Positions 1-9,909 of a stretch of DNA of 64,000 nt are shown here, in pieces; position 1 is the first letter of the stretch; every line of letters starts with the position of its first letter. Both the position numbers and the translations under genes were made by a program. The notes beneath the pieces are model-generated. The model saw only the letters and a list, made by a program, of their open reading frames with translations, was not told the DNA's origin and searched no databases. Source of the stretch: Alphaproteobacteria bacterium (lineage in GTDB: Bacteria; Pseudomonadota; Alphaproteobacteria; SP197); the NCBI GenBank assembly GCA_964291415.2, contig OZ219920.1:416001-480000 (forward strand). The letters run 5' to 3'.

Positions 1-501
1 CTTGGCCGAGGCGAAGAGGGTCGGGAAGTCGAGCTGTTCATCGCTGGCATCGAGGGACGCGAAGAGGTCGAACATTTCCTCTTCGACTTCACGCGCCCGC
101 TGATCCGGCCGGTCGACCTTGTTGACGACACACATCGGCCGCAGCCCCAGGGCCAGCGCCTTGGAGAGCACGAATCTGGTCTGGGGCATCGGACCTTCCG
201 TGGCGTCCACCAGCACCAGAACGCCGTCCACCATGCCGAGGACACGTTCGACCTCGCCCCCGAAGTCAGCGTGCCCGGGCGTATCCACGATGTTGATCGT
301 TGTCCCTTCCCAGACCACCGAGGTGCACTTGGCGAGAATGGTGATGCCGCGCTCACGCTCCAGATCGTTCGAATCAAGCGCCCTGTCGGCGACCCTCTGG
401 TTGTCGCGGAAGGTGCCCGACTGGCGGAACAGCACGTCCACCAGTGTGGTCTTTCCATGATCGACATGGGCGATGATCGCAACGTTGCGCAGGTTCATCA
501 T
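1..501 (-). CDS. typA: Translational GTPase TypA/BipA, 5' part (runs off the window)
   Basis: Manual minus-strand translation gives [22 protein letters not shown]...[11 protein letters not shown]...[14 protein letters not shown]...NKVD (G1-G4 motifs). Absent from the ORF track because it is truncated. Confidence 0.97.
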   Translation of the reverse strand, partial: MMNLRNVAIIAHVDHGKTTLVDVLFRQSGTFRDNQRVADRALDSNDLERERGITILAKCTSVVWEGTTINIVDTPGHADFGGEVERVLGMVDGVLVLVDATEGPMPQTRFVLSKALALGLRPMCVVNKVDRPDQRAREVEEEMFDLFASLDASDEQLDFPTLFASAK

Positions 502-781
502 GAGGACGGCAAGGCTGGAAGGGAGGCACCCCTCAGGGTGCGCGGCACCATACCGACGGAGTGCGTGGATGCAAGGACCCAAGGCCGAAATCGGGGTCGC
601 CTGCCGCCACGATATCGGAAAGGAACCCGAGCTTCACATCACCTTTTCATGAGCCCGAAGAGGACGACGGTACGACACCGAATGGTCACCATTCGCTCGC
701 CGGGTGACAGCTCCGCGAGAACGGCGGCCTGTGCGCCACAGCATGCGGCCTTTCGGTGTTCGATTTGGTACCGGAGGGGCT

Positions 782-1846
782 TCAGTCGGCAAGCGCGACC
801 ACATCGTCTGGATTGACATAGAGGTTCAGGCGATCGCCGGGGCGCACCGCCGTGCGTGCCGGCAGGTGTATCTGAATCTCGCGGTCGCCGTCACGCCCTG
901 CCATGAGGCGGCAGCGGACATGCGTACCGCTGAAGTGACACTCCCTGACAATGCCTTCGCCGAGCGCCGCGAATCCCTCGCCGGGCGCCGTCTCGATCTG
1001 TTCGGGCCTGAGGGAGAGGACCACCCCGCCTTCGCGAAGGTCGCCGGCCGGAAGCTCCAACGCACCGAACGCGGTGGCGACCGTGAGGCCCTGGTCGTCT
1101 CGACGCGTGACCGTGCCTTCGATCAGATTGCTGTCGCCCATGAACGTGGCGACGAACCGCGTTGCGGGCTTCAGGTAGATCCGGGCGGGAGGTCCCTGGT
1201 CCTCGACCCGGCCTTCGTTGAGGACCACGATCGTGTCAGCCATGTTCATGGCTTCGTCCTGATCGTGAGTCACGTGGACGAAGGTGGTCCCCAGGTGCCG
1301 CTGCAAATGGAGCAGTTCCTCCTGCATCTGCCGCCTCAGGTTGAGATCGAGCGCTCCCAGGGGTTCGTCCAGAAGCAGGACCTGGGGATCGACGACGATG
1401 GCCCGCGCCAGGGCGACCCTCTGCCGCTGGCCGCCCGACAGCTCGTGCACACGCCGGTCGCCGGAACCGGCGAGGCCCACGAGATCGAGGGCCGCCTCGC
1501 TTCGCTGCCGCCTCTGCGGCACCGGAACGCCGCGCATCGCGAGGCCGAATGCGACGTTCCGGGCGACACTCATGTGGGGAAACAGGGCATAGTCCTGGAA
1601 CACCGTCGTGGTCGGCCTCTTCGCAGGAGGCACGCGGCCCATGTCCATGCCGGAGATCAGCACCCGGCCGCGCGTCGGTTCCACAAAACCGGCAAGAATG
1701 TTGAGCAGTGTCGTCTTGCCGCTGCCCGAGGGGCCGAGAAGCACGACGAATTCACCTTCGCCGATCTCCAGGGAAACGTCGCTCACCGCAGCGGCCTCGC
1801 CGAACAGTTTCGTGACGCCTTCCAGGCTGACGAGCGGTTGGGTCAT
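782..1846 (-). CDS. ABC transporter ATP-binding subunit, PotA-like
   Basis: Walker A GPSGSGKTT, signature LSGGQRQR, LLLDEP, TOBE-like tail. Start MTQPLVS overlaps the upstream stop (ATGA). Confidence 0.93.
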   Translation of the reverse strand: MTQPLVSLEGVTKLFGEAAAVSDVSLEIGEGEFVVLLGPSGSGKTTLLNILAGFVEPTRGRVLISGMDMGRVPPAKRPTTTVFQDYALFPHMSVARNVAFGLAMRGVPVPQRRQRSEAALDLVGLAGSGDRRVHELSGGQRQRVALARAIVVDPQVLLLDEPLGALDLNLRRQMQEELLHLQRHLGTTFVHVTHDQDEAMNMADTIVVLNEGRVEDQGPPARIYLKPATRFVATFMGDSNLIEGTVTRRDDQGLTVATAFGALELPAGDLREGGVVLSLRPEQIETAPGEGFAALGEGIVRECHFSGTHVRCRLMAGRDGDREIQIHLPARTAVRPGDRLNLYVNPDDVVALAD

Positions 1847-2634
1847 GCGCGGACCCTCCTGCGGAACACGAAGAGCTCCATGACGATCACGAGAGCCATG
1901 GAGATCGCGAACACCACGGTCCCGACCGCGTTCGTCGTGGGATCGAGACCGCTTCTCAGCAGACTCCATATCTCGACTGGAAGGGTGACGTCGAAACGCG
2001 TCACGAGCCAGGCGACGATGAATTCATCCCACGACAGGGTGAACGACAGGAAGAACGACGCCGCGATTGCCGGCCACATCATGGGTACGCTGACAAGCGC
2101 CAGGACCTGCCATTCCCGCGCCCCCAGATCCCGCGCGGCGCGCTCGGCGCTGACCTGGTGGCCACCCAGTTGCGAGTAGCAGATGCCGAAGGCCAGCGGC
2201 AGGTTGATCACGACGTGTCCGATGACGACGGACAGCAGCGACTTCGGCATGCCGGTTGCCGTGAAGGTGATGAGAAGCCCGAGGCCGATGATGAGGTAGG
2301 AGACCGAAAGCGGGGCCATGAGGAGCCACTGGAAGAGGACGGAGCCGGGTATGCGGTGGCGCGCCAGGGCATGGGCCGCCAGAAAGCCCAGGACGGTCGC
2401 CAGCGCCGCCGACACGACTCCCACCATGACGGAATTGACGAGAGCCTCCATGAGATCGGAGTCCGAAAAGACCTCGTGATACCAGCGCAGCGACACGCCC
2501 TTGAAGGGAGGAACGGGGAGCCTTCCGTCCTGAACCGAAAAGATCACGAGGACGACCACGGGAAGGTAGATGAAGGCGTAGACCGCCAGCACGTAGACGG
2601 CGGCAGGAATGGCGGCGAGCGCCTGGGGCCTCAT
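1843..2634 (-). CDS. ABC permease, PotC-like
   Basis: C-terminal half of ORF 1843..3429 from MRPQALAA. Hydrophobic, EAA-type loop ERAARDLGA, SWDEF. Confidence 0.92.
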   Translation of the reverse strand: MRPQALAAIPAAVYVLAVYAFIYLPVVVLVIFSVQDGRLPVPPFKGVSLRWYHEVFSDSDLMEALVNSVMVGVVSAALATVLGFLAAHALARHRIPGSVLFQWLLMAPLSVSYLIIGLGLLITFTATGMPKSLLSVVIGHVVINLPLAFGICYSQLGGHQVSAERAARDLGAREWQVLALVSVPMMWPAIAASFFLSFTLSWDEFIVAWLVTRFDVTLPVEIWSLLRSGLDPTTNAVGTVVFAISMALVIVMELFVFRRRVRA

Positions 2635-3479
2635 CAGACCCGGTCCATCTTCAGCCAGCGCGCGCACGCCAGGAAGACGGCGGAGACGACGAGCATGAGA
2701 ACGAGCGACATGGCGGACGCCATGGGAAAGTCCGCACGGCGCTGGACCTGCAGGAGGATCGCCTGCGGCATGACCAGTTCGCGGTTGCCGCCCAGGATCT
2801 GCGGCGTGACGTAGTCGCCGATCGCCAGCACGAAGGTGATGAACCCGCCGATCATCACGCCGGGCAGGCTCAGCGGAAGGACGACATGCATGAAGCTCTG
2901 GAATCTGGATGCCCCGAGATCCTCGGCTGCCCTGCGGTAGTTCGGTGATATCTGGACCAGATTGGCGTAGATCGTGAGCGCCAGGAGCATCGTGAAGAAG
3001 TGGACGAAACCCAGGACGGTGGCCCCGTTGCTGTTGGCGAACGACATGGTTTCCGAAAGCAGGCCCAGGGTGACCAGTGTCTGCGAGATGACGCCGTTCT
3101 CCGACAGCACCAGCAACCAGCTGTAGGAGCGCACCAGATAGGACGTCCAGAACGGCAGGATGGCGAGGACGAGACCGAGACGCTGCCAGCGCCGGGGCAC
3201 GAGGAAGGCCAGGATGTAGGCCAGCGGGTAGGCGAAGAGCACCGAGAGCACCACCGTGATGGCCGTGATCTCGAGAGAGTTGAAGAGGGCGTCGAGAAAG
3301 TAGCTCTTGCTCAGGAAGGCCTCGTAGTTCGCGAGCGAGGCCTCGCGCACCAGTTGCGTGCCGTCCCGTCTCCAGAGGCTGTAGAGCGCCATGACGGCGA
3401 AGGGCACGACGAAGAACGCGGCGACCCACAGGAGTGCCGGCGCCAGCAAGAGCCAGCCTGCGAGTCCCCGCCGGTTCAT
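2634..3479 (-). CDS. ABC permease, PotB-like
   Basis: PFWTSYLVRSYSW, AAEDLGA and GDYVTPQILGG motifs. Confidence 0.93.
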   Translation of the reverse strand: MNRRGLAGWLLLAPALLWVAAFFVVPFAVMALYSLWRRDGTQLVREASLANYEAFLSKSYFLDALFNSLEITAITVVLSVLFAYPLAYILAFLVPRRWQRLGLVLAILPFWTSYLVRSYSWLLVLSENGVISQTLVTLGLLSETMSFANSNGATVLGFVHFFTMLLALTIYANLVQISPNYRRAAEDLGASRFQSFMHVVLPLSLPGVMIGGFITFVLAIGDYVTPQILGGNRELVMPQAILLQVQRRADFPMASAMSLVLMLVVSAVFLACARWLKMDRV

Positions 3480-3490
3480 CCCGTCATTCC

Positions 3491-3522
3491 CGTCCCGGCC
3501 CGCAGCCGTGCGGGCCGGGACG
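3491..3522. terminator. Intergenic 14-bp GC hairpin between SBP and permease (mRNA stabiliser or partial terminator)
   Basis: CGTCCCGGCCCGCA-gccg-TGCGGGCCGGGACG, a perfect inverted repeat. Confidence 0.7.
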
Positions 3523-3551
3523 TCTGCGGTTCGTGTTAAGGGCGCGCAGAA

Positions 3552-4604
3552 TCAGTGCTGCAGCATTTCCGTCCAGATATCGAGGAACATGGCATCCAGC
3601 TCGGAATCCGGAATGAAATAGGGCCAGGAATTGGCAATGAAGGTTTCCTGTTCATCCCAGCGCAGTATCGCCTTTTCCTCGTCGGTGAGAGCGGCCTTGC
3701 TGTTCGAGGGCATGGCCCAGTAGCACGACGAGGTCGCCAGCCGCGCCTGGCCTTCGGGGCTGAGGACATACTCGACGAACTTGCGGGCCAGTTCCGGATT
3801 GCCGGCGTCGCTGAAGACGCCGATCGACTGGGACCAGCGCACGCCGCCCTGATCGGGATTCACCCACTCCATGTTGGGATCCTCGGCCATCAGCACCGCC
3901 GTCGCCCATTCGCCGCCGCCGGCGATGATGTCGACGTCGCCGGTTGCAAGAGCGGTCTGCACGGAGACGACCTCGCCCACCATCGCGGAACGTTCCTTCA
4001 TCTTGAGCAGGTGCTCGCGGATTGCCGGCAACTCGTCCTCGGTGATGCCGTCCTCGCGCAGGCCAAGGCCGACCGCCACCAGGTTGATGAGCGGAATGTA
4101 GTAGTCGTAGATCGCAATGCGGCCGCTGTAGTCATCGCTCCAGAGAACGGCGATGTCGCGCATGTCGTCGGCATTCACCTTCGAGGAATTGTACGAGATC
4201 GTGTTGTAGCCGAACTTCTCGGGCACGGCGTAGAGTTCGCCGTCGATCTCGTGAATCTCGGAATCGCGTATGCCGGGGAAGATATCGTCGAGCGGCAGGC
4301 CTTCCCGGTCGAGCGGCGCGAGGTAGCCGGCCGCCACGACCCGTGGAACATCGACCCCGTCGACGACGAAGACATCCCAGTCGCCGGGCTGCGACTGCTC
4401 GAGCAGCGCCAGCGCGGTGCCCGTTCCTTCGTATTCCTTGATGTTGACCGTCACACCGTGCTCTTCCTCGAAGGGCTCGAGAAGCGCCGGGTCGGAATGA
4501 TCGCACCAGACCAGCGCGTTGAGTTCGTCGTCTGCCGCGTGAAGGGGTGCGATCCCTGCAAGGAACACGGCGGCCATGCCGAATGCTCTCGTCCAGAATG
4601 TCAT
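3552..4604 (-). CDS. Periplasmic substrate-binding protein, PotD/PotF family
   Basis: Signal peptide MTFWTRAFGMAAVFLAGIAPLHA. PotD-like sequence (YAVPEKFG, ARKFVEYVLSPEGQ). Confidence 0.9.
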   Translation of the reverse strand: MTFWTRAFGMAAVFLAGIAPLHAADDELNALVWCDHSDPALLEPFEEEHGVTVNIKEYEGTGTALALLEQSQPGDWDVFVVDGVDVPRVVAAGYLAPLDREGLPLDDIFPGIRDSEIHEIDGELYAVPEKFGYNTISYNSSKVNADDMRDIAVLWSDDYSGRIAIYDYYIPLINLVAVGLGLREDGITEDELPAIREHLLKMKERSAMVGEVVSVQTALATGDVDIIAGGGEWATAVLMAEDPNMEWVNPDQGGVRWSQSIGVFSDAGNPELARKFVEYVLSPEGQARLATSSCYWAMPSNSKAALTDEEKAILRWDEQETFIANSWPYFIPDSELDAMFLDIWTEMLQH

Positions 4605-5764
4605 GAAACTGTCTCCCCTGGTGATGTTGATGGATGCCGGGCCACGGCCCGTCCGGGCGCATCGTAGAGCCCCTGAAGACGGTGGTGAAATCGCCACACG
4701 GCCCGTTCGCTGTGCTGCGTTTCCCCGTCGTTGACGACGTAGCGGCCAACCCGCGGCGCCGCAAGGGACTTCAGTCCCTGCCAGACCCCTTCGACAAGCG
4801 CCGTGTCTTCGGCCTGCAGCGCACCGTCCATCGAGATGTGCGCCTGCTGCTCGGGAAGCAGGTCGTCCTCGGGCCGGTCGAAGAAAAATGAGTGACGGAA
4901 CACGGTCCGTTCCCATGAAAGGGGAATCGCTTCCCAGATGAAGAGATTGGCGGGACCGGGAGAGAACAGCACCATCGTCGTCGGCCAGGCCCAGTTGTAG
5001 CGGTTCGCCGTCACGCCGGGAGTTCCGTGCCGGCGGCAGGACTCCATCACGTGCCGGGCCGGCGGGCCTCCCATCAGGGTATGCCACGGGCCGTCCTCGA
5101 CGAAGGCGCGGTCGAAGTCCGCGTATTCGCAATAGCCGGGATGGGCGACTTCGGTGTGGTAGGACTCGACAAAATTGTCGATCACCACCTTCCAGTTGGC
5201 GCGGATCTCGTAGTCGATATGGCGCGCCTTGAGCAGACCCGCCGGCTCCACGCCGCAGGCGCGGGCATCCGCGAAGACCGGCCCGAAAATCTCTTCGGCA
5301 GGAGGCGCCGTACCATCGATGTTGACGAAGACGAACGAGTCGATTTCCGCGAACCGCACCGGCAGGAGGCCGAGCGAGGTCCTGTCGAAGGACTCGAGAT
5401 GCGCCGTGCGCCTGGCGCCGACGAGACGCCCGTCGAGATCGTAGACCCACCCGTGATAGGGACATTGCAGAACGTTGCGGCGGCACGGCTCCTTCACGAC
5501 CTGCATGGCGCGGTGCTGGCAGACATTGTGGAAGGCGCGGAGTTTCCCCTCGCGATTGCGCACGACGACCAGCGGCTCGCCGTGGATCGTCCGCGGCAGC
5601 ATGGAGCCCGGTTCCGGCACTTCGCCGGCATGACACATGTAGATCCACGAGGCATGGAAGACGCTCGCCCTTTCCGCCTCGAACACCGCCGGATCCGTGT
5701 AGTAGCGGGGAGCGAGGATCGGCGAAGCCAGAGGATCGTCGCTGACGCGCTGCCCGGCGGTCAT
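4601..5764 (-). CDS. Rieske non-heme iron oxygenase alpha subunit (choline/carnitine monooxygenase-like)
   Basis: Rieske motif CQH...CPYHGW, NWKVVIDNFVESYH...H mononuclear Fe ligands, ED...Q.G tail. Start MTAGQRV. Confidence 0.9.
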   Translation of the reverse strand: MTAGQRVSDDPLASPILAPRYYTDPAVFEAERASVFHASWIYMCHAGEVPEPGSMLPRTIHGEPLVVVRNREGKLRAFHNVCQHRAMQVVKEPCRRNVLQCPYHGWVYDLDGRLVGARRTAHLESFDRTSLGLLPVRFAEIDSFVFVNIDGTAPPAEEIFGPVFADARACGVEPAGLLKARHIDYEIRANWKVVIDNFVESYHTEVAHPGYCEYADFDRAFVEDGPWHTLMGGPPARHVMESCRRHGTPGVTANRYNWAWPTTMVLFSPGPANLFIWEAIPLSWERTVFRHSFFFDRPEDDLLPEQQAHISMDGALQAEDTALVEGVWQGLKSLAAPRVGRYVVNDGETQHSERAVWRFHHRLQGLYDAPGRAVARHPSTSPGETVS

Positions 5765-5771
5765 GTCGGTA

Positions 5772-6161
5772 TCAGGACGCGCCGGCGGCGACCGTCTCGT
5801 AGTCCGCCGGCGCTGTGACCTGGAGGAGTTCGCAGTCCGGCGAGACGGTGACAACGCGATGCGCAATTCCCGGCGGCTGGTGCACGAAGTCGCCCTTCGC
5901 GAACGTCACCTCGCCTTCACCCTCGTACCAGAATGTCGCGGTCCCCTCGAGCACGTAGACGATCTGGAAGTCGAGCATGTGGGAGTGAAGTTCCTCGAGC
6001 TGGCCGTGTCCGGTCGCCCGGCTGACATCGGCGGCGAACCTGCCCCCGGTCGCCGCCTCGAGTCCGAGGTCCCGGCTGACGAACGCCGAATTCCCGTCAT
6101 CGGCCGTCCACGAGGCATCCGACGCCCTGCTCACGAGGAATCCTGCCGCCCGGTCCGTCAT
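5772..6161 (-). CDS. Cupin domain protein
   Basis: HSH...YVLEG...GDFVHQPPGIAH cupin motifs. Confidence 0.88.
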   Translation of the reverse strand: MTDRAAGFLVSRASDASWTADDGNSAFVSRDLGLEAATGGRFAADVSRATGHGQLEELHSHMLDFQIVYVLEGTATFWYEGEGEVTFAKGDFVHQPPGIAHRVVTVSPDCELLQVTAPADYETVAAGAS

Positions 6162-6335
6162 CCGCCCCTCCCGTTTTCCCTCTCACAATACTATCGACCG
6201 TGCAGCCTCTTCACCAGTGGTCCGCACGGCGGGCGCAGCCACGATGCCCGTCGACGGCTTGGCTTTCCGCGCGCCACCGCCAGGCGGAACGTTCCGTTCG
6301 CGAAGGCCGGTCGAACGATGCGCCGAATGGCGCCT

Positions 6336-7061
6336 TCATGTCCCCTGGTCGAGCCAGGCGGCGATGAGCGCGCGGTAGCGTCTGCCGTCGAAACTCGGAA
6401 AGTGGCCGCCGTGGACGACACGAACCGGAAGATCCAGAATGCGCTTCATGGTGGCGGCATAGGCTTCGCGGTCGGAATGATAGGCGTCGTCGATGAGCGG
6501 TCCGTCATAGACCGTGTCGCCGGAGAACAGGATGCCCGTGGCCGCTTCCCACAGCATGATGCTGCCGGGGGAGTGTCCGGGCGTATGCATCACCTCGAAA
6601 CTCCGGTCGCCCAGATCGACGCGGTCGCCGTCGTCGATGAGCCGCGTCGCCGGCGCGGACCTGACTTCGTAGCTTTGCGAACTGTAGGGTCCGGGAGGGC
6701 GCCGCGTGAAGATGTCGTCGGTGACATAAGGGTCCGCAAGGGTGTTGGCGCGTGTGGGTCGCGCCATCAGTCCGGCCTCGTCACGATGGCACAGACGCTC
6801 GGCGAACTCGTGGTGGCAGCCGATGTGGTCGAAGTGGGTGTGGCTCGCCACCGCCAGGCAGGGGCGCTCGGCCACCAGCGCCACCTGTTCAACGAGACTC
6901 ACGACACCCATGCCGCTGTCCACCAGCATGTCGCAGTCGCGGCCGCGCACGTGCCAGATGTTGCAGCGGAAGAAGGCCTTGATGAAGGGCTCGTGAACAT
7001 GGGTCACGCCGTCCTCGAGGGAGGTCGTCTCGTACCAGGTTTCGGGTGTGGCGATACGCAT
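6336..7061 (-). CDS. MBL-fold metallo-hydrolase
   Basis: HTHFDH, HTPGHSPG, FSGD and HGGH motifs. Confidence 0.92.
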   Translation of the reverse strand: MRIATPETWYETTSLEDGVTHVHEPFIKAFFRCNIWHVRGRDCDMLVDSGMGVVSLVEQVALVAERPCLAVASHTHFDHIGCHHEFAERLCHRDEAGLMARPTRANTLADPYVTDDIFTRRPPGPYSSQSYEVRSAPATRLIDDGDRVDLGDRSFEVMHTPGHSPGSIMLWEAATGILFSGDTVYDGPLIDDAYHSDREAYAATMKRILDLPVRVVHGGHFPSFDGRRYRALIAAWLDQGT

Positions 7062-7079
7062 GACGGGATCTCCCTTTTG

Positions 7080-7711
7080 TCACGGGCCGGGCAGCGAACG
7101 GTACGACATGGCTGATGCCGGCGGTTCGGCGGTCATGTCCCGTCCGATCTGCCGGGCCATGGCGAGCCAGGCCGGACGCGCGTCGCTGTCGTCGTCCACT
7201 CCCGGAAAGACGTGCATGGCAACATCGTCGATGCCGCAGTAGCCCAGGACGCCGACGTCGATCGAGCGGCGCATCGCCTCCTGGTAACCATAGCGCCGAT
7301 AGGTGGCGGCGGACGACCCGGCGGAGCAGAGCAGAACGGCCTGCTCCAGTGCCAGAAGGCCGCGGGATTGCCGGATCGTGAAATCGTAGGCCCAGCCCTG
7401 GCACCACACCCGGTCGATCCAGCCCTTCAGCATCGCCGGAAACGACCACCACCAGACGGGGAAGACGAAGGCGATGGCCTCGGCGCGCATGACGCGCTCC
7501 TGCTCGTCGAGAACGTCCGGGGGCATTGCCGCCGGCCCCTTCGTGAACTGGGCAAAATCGTCCGGGCGGAACCGCGGATCGAATCCTTCGCCGTGAAGGT
7601 CGGCCAGTTCCCATGCATGGCTGGCATCCTCAAGCCCTGCAAGGAACGCATCGAGAAGCGCTCCGGTGAAGGACTCCCTTTGGGATGGCAAAAGATCGTC
7701 AGGACGCGCAA
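7080..7711 (-). pseudogene. NAD(P)H:quinone dehydrogenase (flavodoxin_2 family) with a 1-nt frameshift near 7680
   Basis: TTG start gives MRVLTIFCHPK in one frame; RESFTGALLDAF...FPVWWWSFPAMLKGWIDRV continues in the -1 frame at CCCAAAGGGAG. Confidence 0.8.
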
Positions 7712-7885
7712 CGTGTTCCCGCTCGTGACCGTCGACGGACATTGTAGGCACCTGTGCGCCGTTTCGCACATCCAGATGACCTCGTCCTGACAAGGAGTCA
7801 TGTTTCGATGAGCGATGCCGCGACATCCAAGCGAACGACCTGTCGGCGCTGCCGGGCCTGCTTCTCCGATGTCAAGGTCGGCACG

Positions 7886-7999
7886 ATGACGCCGGGCGAG
7901 ATCGTCGCAAAGCGGCGGGCAGCACAGCCCAAGGAGCGCTCGCCATTGCAGGAGTACATGATCGACCTGTCGCATCTGCCCGGTGTCAAACCCGACTGA
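7886..7999 (+). pseudogene. Degenerate N-terminal remnant of an MmeI-like (type IIG/IIL) restriction-modification enzyme
   Basis: MTPGEIVAKRRAAQPKERSPLQEYMIDLSHLPGV resembles the family N-terminus MTP.EFI.KW....KERS..QEHFIDLC.LLG, then stops. Confidence 0.55.
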
Positions 8000-8162
8000 A
8001 AATCTGTCGCTTCCGCTTTTGCTCTGTCCTCCCGGGCGAGTGCGTCGATGAAGTGACCCACAGCGGGCGGCTCGCACCGAAGTCGTAGTAGGCGGTGGTG
8101 ATCATGATCCTTCTTTCTTCCGACTGGGCTCGTGCGCCCGGTCGCACGACCTCGGACTTCGC

Positions 8163-8189
8163 GTCTTCGTCGACCGGGTCGACGAAGAC
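8163..8189. repeat. Perfect palindrome/hairpin
   Basis: GTCTTCGTCGACC-g-GGTCGACGAAGAC, 13-bp arms. Confidence 0.75.
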
Positions 8190-8277
8190 TCGACCTTCGA
8201 TGTGCAGACGCCGCGCTCCTACGCGGGTGCCCCTGGAAGCTTCTGGTCGGCGTCGGTTCCGAGTTTCTTCGACCCTG

Positions 8278-8680
8278 TCACAGGGCGGCGTAGACGGCCT
8301 CGATCATGCGTTGGCGACGGATCCGCAGCTCCTCACTGCGGCCGAGCATCCGGTTCATGACAGAGGCGACGCCGAGGCTCGTGTCCGGATCGGCGAAGGC
8401 GCCACCCCAGCCGTTGTGGCCGAATGACAAGGGATCGGGATCCTGCGGGTTCTCTTGGTTTGCGAGTACGAAGCCGGCACCGAAACGGCAGAGTTCGTTG
8501 AGAGAGTCGTCCATGCCGTCGAAGCGCTCGGCTGTCGCCCGGGCGACGGCCCGCCGGTGAGATCAGGCCTCCGCCGCCATGGCGACAGCCAGTGCCAGGA
8601 CACCCTTGCTCGTTGACCAGATGTTGGCCAGCATGTCGTCCCGCCACGGCACCGTCTGATCCCTGTGGTAGACCATTTCA
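8278..8680 (-). pseudogene. Serine hydrolase (beta-lactamase/EstB family) remnant with a large internal deletion
   Basis: One fragment carries PWRDDMLANIWSTSKG (SxxK motif). The other carries SFGHNGWGG...FADPD...VMNRM...IEAVYAAL. The middle of the protein is missing. Confidence 0.7.
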
Positions 8681-8783
8681 ATGCGCGGTCTCGCTATGTG
8701 CCTCGACAATCGCGGGTGCTGTCGATGTCGACAGGCGTCCAGCTTCGCGGATCCCGCAATGACCCGGGCGAAGGATCCTGTGT

Positions 8784-8999
8784 TCAGCTCTCCCGACGGC
8801 CTCCACCGCCGCCATCGGACGACGATGACACAGATTTTCGTCCGCTGCTTCCCTGATTGGGCGGATTGGAGGGCGGGCTGCTCGGAGACGCCTCGCTGGT
8901 GGCAGGCCGATGCCCGCCGATCACGCCGGGGGCGCCGACGGTTCCGGGCTGATAGCCTTTCTCCACGGTGGAGGGCCTTGGTCTATCCGGTCTCGTCAT
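8784..8999 (-). CDS. Small Pro/Ser/Gly-rich peptide (71 aa) coupled to the DUF6338 gene
   Basis: ATGA overlap with the upstream stop and a GGAGG RBS inside the upstream gene end. Motifs KGYQP, GGHRP, NPPNQGSSG. Confidence 0.6.
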   Translation of the reverse strand: MTRPDRPRPSTVEKGYQPGTVGAPGVIGGHRPATSEASPSSPPSNPPNQGSSGRKSVSSSSDGGGGGRRES

Positions 9000-9613
9000 C
9001 GTGTTTCCTCCATTGGCGAGTAGCGCCAGAACTCAATCGACTGAATCTCACCTGCGGCAATGAGGACTCCCTTCTCATTGCTCGTCGTCCAGTTGTTGTC
9101 GTCGTCCACATCATAGATCCACTGGATGTAGATATCACGCTCGCTGGGTTCGGAGGACATGAACGAGTTCTTCCCGCAGAATCCGGCGAAGCGGGTGCCG
9201 TCCTTGAGGGTGACGAGAACCCACTGTTCGGGCATGCCGGAGAACTTCCAGTCCCAGGCAGTCGGCATGACGTGGACCGGATTGAGACCCATTCGCTGCA
9301 GCAGGCCCCGCACCAGGTTGCGTTGCACGTCGATCCCCAGCAGGAGGCCAAGGAGTGCCGGCCCGAGGATCACCAGCGCGAACCACGTCACAACAGGGTA
9401 GGTCCCGGACATGACGACGAGCGATTCGAGCTCAACGAACGGAAGCGCGAGTGCATAGTAGATGACCGACACGGTCAGATAGCTCAGCAGCGAATCCGAA
9501 TGGGACGGGCGCCGCCCGGCCACGAACTGCGATCGAACGAACAGCACGATGAGGCCCGGAACGATGAATCCCAGGGTCAAGGCGACGTCGTCGAACGAAA
9601 CGGATTCCAGCAC
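8996..9613 (-). CDS. DUF6338-like membrane protein
   Basis: Three N-terminal hydrophobic segments starting IVPG, then AWDWKF, WVLVTLKDG...G, SF.SS....RDIYI and GVLI....IQSIEF. Family recognised from memory. Confidence 0.75.
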   Translation of the reverse strand: MLESVSFDDVALTLGFIVPGLIVLFVRSQFVAGRRPSHSDSLLSYLTVSVIYYALALPFVELESLVVMSGTYPVVTWFALVILGPALLGLLLGIDVQRNLVRGLLQRMGLNPVHVMPTAWDWKFSGMPEQWVLVTLKDGTRFAGFCGKNSFMSSEPSERDIYIQWIYDVDDDNNWTTSNEKGVLIAAGEIQSIEFWRYSPMEETR

Positions 9614-9909
9614 GGATCAGAGGGTCCCGATCCCAACAATTGAGCCAGGCGACGCAGACCATGCCACCATCTCGTGGTGAATTCCATGGGACGGCGGACC
9701 CGGCTCCGGCACGCTACTTCAGACCTTCCCTCAAGACACGAGCCACGCGACTGGAACGGAACCAGACTATCGCTCCCCGGGGGCGTCTGCATGAACATTC
9801 CCGGCGTTCTTGCGTGAGGAGAGGCTTGTGTCACGACGCGGGGTGTGTTCTGAAACAGGAAAGTCCTGTGACTGTGTATCTTGACCTGCCAACCGCTGGA
9901 GGAATGCGA

